From the NCBI RefSeq assembly GCF_001194135.2, contig NC_069004.1:36106699-36161733 (forward strand): DNA of 55,035 nt, in the 5' to 3' direction. The DNA comes from Octopus bimaculoides (Eukaryota). The notes under the pieces were generated by a model. That model was not told the origin of the DNA. It made no database searches and saw only the letters and a list, made by a program, of their open reading frames with translations. Of the stretch, positions 48,401 to 55,035 are shown piece after piece (position 1 is the first letter of the stretch; each line of letters begins with the position of its first letter). Made by a program: the position numbers and the translations under genes.

Positions 48401-49971
48401 AGTTTCAATAATTGGACAAACTTCATTCTGTATTTGTGTGTGTGTCTGTGTGTGCTATTTCCAATAGTTGCTGCCTGTGTGGATGCTGTGTATGGTCCCA
48501 GCATCATACACAACATGCAACTGACCACTGAGTTATATATATCTTGTATGTATTGCACCCATGAATTTATTTATGTATGTCATTATTCAGGTTTAATGGA
48601 ATTTCGAAAGGGGTTGAAAAATAGTATTACAAATTGAACAGCTGTTTCTGGGAGCTCGGTGGTCCATAAAAATGTTTGTAGATTAATTAAGCAGTAGAGA
48701 AGGCTACAAGTTGGATCTGGTCAAGGAGGAACAAAGGCCCACTTGATAAGGCTTAATTTGCCCCAATGCAAGTGAGTGCCAGATTGGCATAGTCGTGTAG
48801 GCCTGTGGCTCTGGAGCTGACGATCCCGGTTCAAATCCGTGAGAAAAAAGAACCCTCACACCTGAGTCGTCCGAGTGCTCGCCAGTGTACCCAGCTGGAG
48901 ATGGGTACTTAGCCCTTCTCAGGGCTGCAACATGTCACAGAAGAGAAACCAATCCCACCCAAGGCATACTAAAATGGACAGAAGAGGACATCCGGGAGTC
49001 ATGACTTGGATGTGGCCCGACTCTGCTAGAGTGTCAGGAGTTAAGGGTCCAAACACTTGCTTAAAGGGGGTTTCTTCTCTAAGGACCACCTGCTGTTATG
49101 CTCTCCCTGATTTTCTTTCCACATTTGAGGTGGAGATGTGTATGTATGTTAAAGCATGGCTTTTGGAAAAGGTCATCTTCTGGCATAAAAGCAGGGAACG
49201 GCAATGGACACCTCAGGAATGTTTGGTTTGAGCTTAAGGTCATGGCACTCCTGATCCTGCAACCCACATTGTGGCACTGGATACCTTGCCCTGGCTTATC
49301 TCTGGATCATGGTGAGAATCTGTGAGGTGCCTTATTAATCTTCAAAATTTTGCACAAGTTTGCTTTGTCAGAGGTGGTCATAGTCATCGTGTTTGTGTTT
49401 GTCCATATGTATCAATCGTCACCACCATGATTGAGGTGCAGAGAGTGGCAGGATGAGGCACAGAGAATGGCAGGAGTGAGAAATGGGACAGAGCAAAATG
49501 AAAGACAGCGACAGTTTGTTTGTAGGGAGGTGGAAAAGGTGAGTGTGATGAGAAGAGAGAGTGAGGGAGACAGAATGATAGGGGGAGGAGTAGTGGAAGT
49601 GAGAGATTGGGACATGTCAACATTGGAATGGAGGAAAGAGAACGATGGTTAGCAATTAAGAAAGCAAGTTAAGCTGCTGGACGATTGAATACTGTGGCAG
49701 CAGGGGAAAGTGGATTTAAAAATGAGGGTGAAGAAGAACAACAACAACTCTTTAAAACGAAATTTTGTAAGAAATGTTTATTTTTGTTTTTTTGCATTAA
49801 TTGAATTGATAATCTCCTCCTCCTCCTCTTCTTTGATTTATTTTATAATTTCTTTGTCTTTTTCCAATGTTTCAGGAAGAAAAAGTGAAAACCATAATGT
49901 TGTTGGTCCACACAGTAATATGTCTAGCATTCACCATTGCACTCATTGCTACTTTGTTTATGAACCCTTGA
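22983..49971 (+). CDS. FRRS1: Ferric-chelate reductase 1-like protein (signal peptide-Reeler-DOMON-cytochrome b561), 15 coding exons, 566 aa
   Basis: Spliced by hand: join(22983..23196,26515..26642,28226..28326,30055..30133,32288..32434,34253..34339,36933..37083,39872..39982,41237..41346,41746..41835,42620..42688,42903..43002,44834..44983,48316..48383,49876..49971). This is 1701 nt, all GT-AG, phases match, with no internal stop. Motifs: Reeler ([21 protein letters not shown]...[14 protein letters not shown]), DOMON ([32 protein letters not shown]) and b561 (LHG...AW, WFQLHR, AHPIIG, FRP, FNWVH). Orthology versus paralogy within the family is not resolved. Confidence 0.93.
23480..24400 (-). 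mobile_element. Decayed non-LTR retrotransposon RT region, R4/Dong/NeSL-like (RLE type)
   Basis: Minus-strand fragments [19 protein letters not shown] (cf. DIRMEFGLDKC) and GGRGLLQL at about 23880-23910. Confidence 0.7.
24660..26210 (+). mobile_element. Decayed Tx1/L1-like LINE (RT core to C-terminal Cys/His region)
   Basis: VKVNG...[21 protein letters not shown] (cf. RQGCPLSPLLY..ALEPL), AYVDN (decayed YADD), [18 protein letters not shown], and ETILH-like text near 25810. Confidence 0.85.
26515..26642 (+). CDS. FRRS1: FRRS1-like exon 2, Reeler ([23 protein letters not shown]...NNCL)
   Basis: tttcag/ acceptor; /gtaaga donor; FRGF Reeler motif; phase 1 in, phase 0 out. Confidence 0.93.
26978..27997 (-). 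mobile_element. RTE-BovB-like LINE fragment (endonuclease C-half and linker), little decayed
   Basis: [11 protein letters not shown]...LISAYSPT...[16 protein letters not shown]...HLIDYVITR...DCWTDHLLL...KHQDWFDNN; one stop codon in about 1 kb; GC-richer than the flanks. Confidence 0.92.
28226..28326 (+). CDS. FRRS1: FRRS1-like exon 3, Reeler ([33 protein letters not shown])
   Basis: ttttccag/ acceptor; /gtgagt donor; THTS and WTSP Reeler motifs; phase 0 in, phase 2 out; absent from the ORF track. Confidence 0.92.
29045..29385. repeat. Two family B repeats tail-to-tail forming an inverted repeat in intron 3
   Basis: Arm 29098-29208 is largely the reverse complement of arm 29271-29383; the centre is (GAT)n(CAT)n. 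Confidence 0.9.
30055..30133 (+). CDS. FRRS1: FRRS1-like exon 4, Reeler end and Thr-rich linker ([27 protein letters not shown])
   Basis: cttttcag/ acceptor; /gtaagt donor; VVxSYSVFW Reeler C-terminal motif; phase 2 in, phase 0 out. Confidence 0.92.
32288..32434 (+). CDS. FRRS1: FRRS1-like exon 5, DOMON start ([15 protein letters not shown]...[12 protein letters not shown])
   Basis: ctcttgtgaag/ acceptor (weaker AAG type, so the 5' boundary is less certain); /gtttgt donor; [15 protein letters not shown] motif. Confidence 0.85.
33550..33870 (+). mobile_element. tRNA-derived CORE-type SINE
   Basis: B-box gagttcgattc, then cttgagcaagtcactttatttcac...cagttcactcagttgtagaaatgag resembling the CORE domain. 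Confidence 0.7.
34253..34339 (+). CDS. FRRS1: FRRS1-like exon 6, DOMON ([29 protein letters not shown])
   Basis: tttccag/ acceptor; /gtaaga donor; completes the MGSDSVMEC motif. Confidence 0.92.
34400..36200 (+). mobile_element. Possible heavily decayed L1-like LINE remnant (A/C-rich sense strand), interrupted by a family B repeat
   Basis: Strong A/C strand bias; [11 protein letters not shown]...PDGSDGVP near 35790-35910 loosely resembles the pre-RT EI..AI..L...PGPDG motif. Confidence 0.3.
36933..37083 (+). CDS. FRRS1: FRRS1-like exon 7, DOMON ([22 protein letters not shown]...[12 protein letters not shown])
   Basis: tttacag/ acceptor; g/gtactt donor, phase 1; DOMON G.M.C.F.R and YLL.A.G motifs. 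Confidence 0.9.
37885..38035 (+). mobile_element. RTE LINE 3'-terminal fragment
   Basis: agaggggaaactgaggaagacatgggatgaagtggtgagg resembles the RG(R)[12 protein letters not shown]-terminal motif. Confidence 0.6.
39872..39982 (+). CDS. FRRS1: FRRS1-like exon 8, DOMON end to b561 start (GFVKRKH...ILTHLH)
   Basis: tatttcag/ acceptor; g/gtaggg donor; DOMON His codon at 39889; first b561 His codon at 39979. Confidence 0.9.
41237..41346 (+). CDS. FRRS1: FRRS1-like exon 9, b561 TM1 ([21 protein letters not shown]...WFQ)
   Basis: ttttcag/ acceptor; cag/gtaaga donor; HG..M..AW and ARY motifs. Confidence 0.94.
41746..41835 (+). CDS. FRRS1: FRRS1-like exon 10, b561 TM2 ([30 protein letters not shown])
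   Basis: cttttgcag/ acceptor; /gtaagt donor; WFQ-LHR heme His at 41749. Confidence 0.94.
42620..42688 (+). CDS. FRRS1: FRRS1-like exon 11, b561 TM3 ([23 protein letters not shown])
   Basis: ctctgcag/ acceptor; /gtaagt donor; AHPIIG heme His at 42644. Confidence 0.94.
42903..43002 (+). CDS. FRRS1: FRRS1-like exon 12, b561 TM4 ([33 protein letters not shown])
   Basis: tatttcag/ acceptor; g/gtaaat donor; FRP...R..FNWxH motif with heme His at 42966. Confidence 0.94.
43140..43570 (-). mobile_element. Mariner (Tc1/mariner) transposase C-terminal relic with one TIR-like end
   Basis: Minus-strand ...[37 protein letters not shown] (YSPDLAP.D..LF motif); tatggggtgcatttaaaaagt at 43140 resembles a mariner terminus. 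Confidence 0.85.
44834..44983 (+). CDS. FRRS1: FRRS1-like exon 13, TM segments (DVTIFIG...MEIMEYCNQ)
   Basis: cctacag/ acceptor; g/gtaaca donor; phase 1 in and out; hydrophobic open frame. Confidence 0.88.
47495..48285 (+). mobile_element. Head-to-tail cluster of about 4 family C tRNA-SINE copies; other copies at about 14690, 16730-17060(-), 44150 and 46540(-)
   Basis: Repeated ggcagaatcgttagc...gttctgagttcaaattc...gactttgcctttcatcctttc.ggggt.gataaa...gtaccagt...ggggt.gatgt.at.gact. Confidence 0.78.
48316..48383 (+). CDS. FRRS1: FRRS1-like exon 14, cytoplasmic loop ([23 protein letters not shown])
   Basis: cttacag/ acceptor; aag/gtcagt donor; phase 1 in, phase 0 out bridges exons 13 and 15. 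Confidence 0.82.
48786..49000 (+). mobile_element. tRNA-derived SINE of a rarer family
   Basis: A-box-like tggcatagtcgtgtagg, B-box ggttcaaatcc, and central cccagctg...gggtac. Confidence 0.55.
49876..49971 (+). CDS. FRRS1: FRRS1-like terminal coding exon 15, last TM helix ([31 protein letters not shown])
   Basis: gtttcag/ acceptor; hydrophobic C-terminal helix; TGA at 49969-49971. Confidence 0.88.
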   Translation, partial: EEKVKTIMLLVHTVICLAFTIALIATLFMNP

Positions 49972-50301
49972 TACATTCCAAAGATCAAGATGTATGTATC
50001 ACCCCCACCCCTGCCATTCTCTGATTAGACAAAAACTCTTCAAATCAGCTCAAATAAATATGAACATTTCTTTCTGTGATACTAAGCCAAAGAGAAAAGG
50101 TGGGAAAGGGAGTTGTTGATTCAGGCAACCCTCACATTTATCACTGGTATGGTGACTTCTCTTTATCAACCCTGAATGAATATAGATCAGAGTCTCATCT
50201 GGTGAAATTCCAGCTCAGAACACTGGACCAAAAAAAAATGGAACGAAATATCACAGAAACATTTTGTCCTGCAACTCTGCTAACCACTACACTTAGCAAT
50301 G

Positions 50302-50333
<32 letters not shown>

Positions 50334-50619
50334 GATGATGTTGATAATAATAATAAAAATAAACTACAAATAATTCAAGCGTTAAGTATGATTAAAAAAA
50401 AGTATGCCACACCAGGATTCACAACACTACACAACGCCTCTAAAATAACTCTGCTGGGAACAGCTCACATAAAGGAGCTCAAATAGAACGGTTCTCACGC
50501 ACAACACACATCTCATACAAGACACATTGAATAATCTAAAACAGCACAAACTCATGCAACATATATTTTACAGGATTAAAGCCCAATGAAATAACACGAC
50601 AGAATAAGCATTAATATAA

Positions 50620-51009
50620 CAAGAAACTAAACTCCATAAGAAAACAAGCTGATGCAGAAAACCAAAAGAAGTCCACATTCCTCCAATCCCCACCAAAATA
50701 TGAACACAATGCTGCATACACCTCAGGAATATGGAGGGAGCACCAGTTGGTGTTGCAGAAACTACCAAATAATAAATAATAGTAATATAGAAAAAAATAG
50801 TCAAGTACCAGGACCTACCTATTGAATTAGAGAGACTATGGAAAGTGCCGGTAAAATGTATCCCAGTAGTTATATGCGCATTGGGAACTATCCCTAAAGA
50901 TCTGAACAGATGGATAGAGGAAATAGGCATAAAACCCAGTTTAGTACAGTTCCAGAAAACAGTGTTATTAGGGACAGCTAGGATACTTAGGAGGGTTCTT
51001 GGCATCTAA
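50620..51009 (+). mobile_element. 3' end of an R4/Dong/NeSL-like LINE (restriction-like endonuclease domain). A second, smaller 3' fragment lies at about 50390-50487.
   Basis: KIVKYQDLPIELERLWKVPVKCIPVVICALGTIPKDL...QKTVLLGTARILRRVLGI*. Confidence 0.88.
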
Positions 51010-52012
51010 GGTTACTTGCTGTAACCCAATAGGCAGTTTTTTTCTTTTCCAACAGTCTAATCTGTTTGTATATGAAAATAATATTTCTAATTTAGACACA
51101 AGGCTTGCAATTTTGACTAGTGGTAGGAAGTGGGGGTTGTCAATCCCCAGTATTTTACTGGTACTACCACACCATGGAGTAGAATGTTATCAATTTTGAA
51201 GGCTATAATAGAATAGTACCGTAACATGATGTGCCTATTGTTGTCTGATCCTAGAATAACAATCATAGATTTAACTGGCAAAATACTCCACCACCACTAC
51301 CATCTCCCTTGCTTCTCCAAAACGACAGCTTTGTCTAATCTGAATTCCTCCACTGGAAGGACCCACTCCCTCCCATAAAAGACATATCAAAATATATATT
51401 TTAGCATTCAAAGAATCTCATTATTTCTTTCATTGTCAAAGTCACTGATTTGGTATTGTTTATGAGAATGTTATCAATAAAAAAATCGCTTAACAACTGC
51501 TGTTGGTGTTTAGTTCCAAGTGAAACCCTAATACAGTAGAACTTGCACATCTGTGGTCATTTCATTTGTTTTTAATAAGTCCACTGCACCTACCCAACAG
51601 GATCTTGCATATTTTGGAAGAGAAAAGAGTGAAAATTTAAAGAGGGGCTTGACTGTTGTTACTAGCAGACTTATTGACCACAGAGCTTTCATTTTCAGTT
51701 ATCAAGTATTCATGTAGTCTGACTGCCATTTCTAGCAAACTCACCAACAACATTGAATCTCCTATTGTCAAGTATTGTGTCCTTTGAATACTCAAGACCA
51801 AATGAGTTCAAACACAACGAATTTCACTGTTGAAAATGTTCAAGAATTTCCTGAGATGTTAGAAAATAACTTAAGTTGATGTTTTTGCTAATTAATTGGT
51901 AATTAGTTTTGGTGTTAATTTAGCAAAAACTGGTGATTAAAACAGTTTCTTCAGGGATATACCATTTCAGCGACAAATTTACAAACATACACTCCCATTT
52001 AGATAGAGATCT

Positions 52013-52113
52013 TTCTGATGCCCGGTTGAGTAGGAGGGCAGAACGGTGACCATGCAAGCTGTGGGCACAAACCTGGGTGAATCTGACCGCAGGAGCAGAT
52101 CTTGGTGGTAGTA
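52013..52113 (+). pseudogene. 28S (LSU) rRNA-derived fragment followed by an A-rich tail
   Basis: tgatgccc..gagtaggagggc...aagc...gggtg...ccgcaggagcagatcttggtggtagta matches the conserved eukaryotic LSU core (recalled: GAGTAGGAGGGC...CCGCAGGTGCAGATCTTGGTGGTAGTAGCAAAT). Flanks are not rRNA-like. Confidence 0.8.
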
Positions 52114-52685
52114 AAAGAAAAAAATATATGATATATAAATCAATGTAAATAGCTTCTTTTTTGCCTGCTTTTGGTGTTGCTGTCTTTGTGGCCATGTGGG
52201 TAATTGCACATGCTGTATTACACATCCTGAGCAAGGTTCAATCCCTTCCAGGAGCACTATCCTTGGTGTTTATAAAAATTTGAAATTTTTAAAAATAAAA
52301 TATTTACTCTCCGCACTCCACTGCTCTTGTAATTCCTTGGGAGAGTTACAGATTGAAACCCTCTCCCAATGCATTAAATCCCTACTTACTAATCAATGTC
52401 CTTACCTACAAAGGTATCTAAACAGGTCCCCAATTTGGGATTAATTACTGAGCTACAGCTGTGATGAGATAGTTAATGATAGATTTATATATCTCTTAAT
52501 TTACTACATTAATGTTGGGTGTCTTGGTGGTCTCATGGGTAGAGACATAATTAGACAGCCACATTGAACATTTTGGGCAGGGTTCAATACTACCTAGGGC
52601 CTGCATTAAGGGCTCTTACTAAAATTTTTCATTTTTTTTTTTTTTTTTTTAATCTTTAGAGATAAAAAATGAAGATGTTTAATAA

Positions 52686-52770
52686 GACCCCCTCAGGGTT
52701 ACGGTGAGGGTTAGTATTATGGTTACGGTTTTGGGGTTAGGTTTAGGGTTTTAGGGTTAGGGTTGGGTAA
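52686..52770 (+). repeat. Degenerate telomere-like (TTAGGG) tract
   Basis: ggggttaggtttagggttttagggttagggttggg; shorter CCCTAA/TTAGGG patches at about 1051, 1122-1137 and 29824. Confidence 0.7.
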
Positions 52771-53397
52771 TCGTGCGGATGTTAATCTGAAAAATTACAG
52801 AAATGTGAAAAGTACCGACCCTGCCATCTATTATAACTTTTGTTGTTCTGTTTAATATATACATAGATTATGCCACCAAAGAGATTTTGCTGGGGAAAGA
52901 AGCCAATCGGTTTAAAATGACAACAACAGACTGCAGCAATTCACCGCATTCCAGTAGCTACTTTGAATATAATGCAAAATGGTGCATCAACATCTGCCCA
53001 ATCTGATAGAATTCTGGTGAAACTGTGTAGCAACAGATCGCCAGCAATTGCTTCATCACAAATTGCCGTCCTAGCTCCTGCTAAAAGGGATTACCCTGCT
53101 ATGTGTAATCAGGACAGTGCAAAAAGTTGTTTTGCACAAGCATTTGTATAGCCAATTAGACGGATGAAATTTACATACACTTAATAATTTAACGCAAAAC
53201 AGCCTTCAGACTTTCCCTATTAATTTCATCATCTTTTGAATTATGAACATATTTACACCATAAGGGTTTTTTCGTTGTAAGGCTTTCTTTTTTAGTTGAT
53301 TTTCACCTAGCAAGACTTATCGTAGATGGCGTAATAAGTCACACCTGGACATGGTCGAGTTATACTGCTAGTAAATATATATATCTGTATATATGTA

Positions 53398-54180
53398 GTA
53401 GCTGGACCTGCTAGAAATAGCAGCCAAATCTCCCTCAAATCACACCCTACTCTCTTATCTATGTATATATGTATGAGCCAATGAGGGAGGCCTCTACATG
53501 GTAGCTGGACCTGGTAGAAATAGCAACCAAATCTCCCTCAAATCACACCTTACTCTCTTATATATGTATATATGTATGTATGAGCCAATGAGGGACACCT
53601 CTACATGGTAGCTGGACCTGCTAGAAATAGCAGCCAAATCTCTCTCAAATCACACCCTACTCTCTTATCTATGTATATATGTATGTATGAGCCAATGAGG
53701 GACACCTCTACATGGTAGCTGGACCTGCTANNNNNNNNNNNNNNNNNNNNNNNNNNNNNNNNNNNNNNNNNNNNNNNNNNNNNNNNNNNNNNNNNNNNNN
53801 NNNNNNNNNNNNNNNNNNNNNNNNNNNNNNNNNNNNNNNNNNNNNNNNNNNNNNNNNNNNNNNNNNNNNNNNNNNNNNNNNNNNNNNNNNNNNNNNNNNN
53901 NNNNNNNNNNNNNNNNNNNNNNNNNNNNNNNNNNNNNNNNNNNNNNNNNNNNNNNNCTCAAATCACACCCTACTCTCTTATCTATGTATATATGTATGAG
54001 CCAATGAGGGAGGCCTCTACATGGTAGCTGGACCTGGTAGAAATAGCAACCAAATCTCCCTCAAATCACACCTTACTCTCTTATATATGTATATATGTAT
54101 GTATGAGCCAATGAGGGACACCTCTACATGGTAGTTACACTTGTTAGAAACAGTGGTCAAATCTCCTTCATATCACACCG
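53398..54180 (+). repeat. Tandem array of 103/107-bp units, spanning a gap
   Basis: gctggacctg starts at 53401, 53504, 53611, 53718 and 54027; unit is gctggacctgctagaaatagcagccaaatctccctcaaatcacaccctactctcttat(ctatgtatat...)gagccaatgaggga..cctctacatggta. Confidence 0.95.
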
Positions 54181-55035
54181 TCTCAACAACAGGAAGAACA
54201 CTTAGGCCAATGCCATCCTTGATATATGACCAAAAAGCTGGATGGCCATGGCTAGAATTCCTCTGACCATGGTTCTGCTCATTCGGGACTGACCTAGGGC
54301 TAAACTACACCAATTTGTCTTTCTCTTTATTTAACTCTCTCCCACTTTCTCCTCAACAACACAATTTAAAACCTACTACAAGCGTACCCCCTTCCTCTCC
54401 CCCACATACAACCATCTTATAATGTGATTCCCTCTCGTTCACATGTGGGCTCCATCATTCAAACAGGCCCTTTCGGTCCCCCCTCCCACCCTTTCCATCC
54501 ATCCAACCTACCAGTTCCTTTACCCACCCTATCCACACCCCTGCAATATGGACTCTTGGCTATTTTGCCGTTTGAACTCTTCATCCGACCGTTGCTACTT
54601 AAATATAAACGTTTTAACTCAACCTGTTGTCTGTTTGTTTTATTTATTCCCTTTTACTGGTACAATTAAGGGGGCTGAAATGAAAACAGGGGAAATCTTA
54701 TCATGTAGTACTATTGTTTACTATTATAAGCAATACTGCTATATTGTATAAAGTTAAAGTTAAGGGTTATTCAGAGGATTATTAAGAAGAATAATTATAA
54801 CAAAAGGATGAAATGTTTTATAAACACTTAAACTTTTACCACAAAAGAGAGAGGAAAAGAAAATTATCCAGAAATAGTTTAAGATTTATACATGTTACAA
54901 AACTTAAATACTAACTAATCAGATGGTATCAGTGAATATTGATCAATTGGTATATACTGGTATTTAATAAAGGAGTACTGAGGTAAAAGAACATGCTAAC
55001 TATATATTAATTTAATTATAATCAAAGCAGTTTAT

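Larger units (their letters stand above)
10149..53956. other. Assembly gaps (N): 10149-10705, 13784-14043, 15681-15814, 17463-18433, 21408-22191, 26878-26977, 32964-33320, 39242-39387, 45858-46070, 53731-53956
   Basis: Seen directly; most gaps abut microsatellites or repeats, as expected in a short-read scaffold. Confidence 0.99.

Noticed and set aside
11929-48850. Several tRNA-like A/B-box sequences as possible tRNA genes
   Set aside because: Each continues into a SINE body and tail, and none shows a complete cloverleaf with an acceptor stem
9627-53999. Long ORFs in the track containing X runs or YIYI/THTH/VCVC/KERR repeats
   Set aside because: They are read-through of N-gaps and microsatellites, not proteins
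53398-54180. Regular repeats as a possible CRISPR-like array (also the 66-bp units at 10755)
   Set aside because: Units are wholly repeated with no unique spacers, there are no cas genes, and the context is eukaryotic

Overview
This is AT-rich animal genomic DNA with 10 N-gaps (about 3.7 kb), dense microsatellites and several tRNA-derived SINE families. The repeat complement looks like an octopod cephalopod, probably Octopus (inference). The one host gene I can support is invisible to the ORF track because it is split into 15 short coding exons on the + strand (22983-49971). All introns are GT-AG and phase-compatible, and splicing gives 1701 nt, or 566 aa. The product is a ferric-chelate reductase 1 (FRRS1/SDR2)-type protein: signal peptide, Reeler, DOMON, cytochrome b561, and extra C-terminal TM helices. 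The four b561 His ligands and the DOMON Met/His pair are intact. A probable non-coding first exon ends at 16659. The rest is mostly decayed transposons: RTE, BovB-like RTE, Tx1/L1-like and R4/Dong-like LINEs, a Gypsy relic, piggyBac, mariner, MITE-like palindromes and SINEs. The least expected signals are an about 100-bp 28S rRNA fragment with an A-rich tail (52013-52125), a YY1/NRF1/ETS promoter-like cluster with an antisense ATG and donor inside intron 5 (32852-32960), overlapping donors at exon 3 that could give a secreted Reeler-only product, and several long fold-backs. I see no convincing previously undescribed multi-gene system, no CRISPR array and no intact tRNA or rRNA gene.
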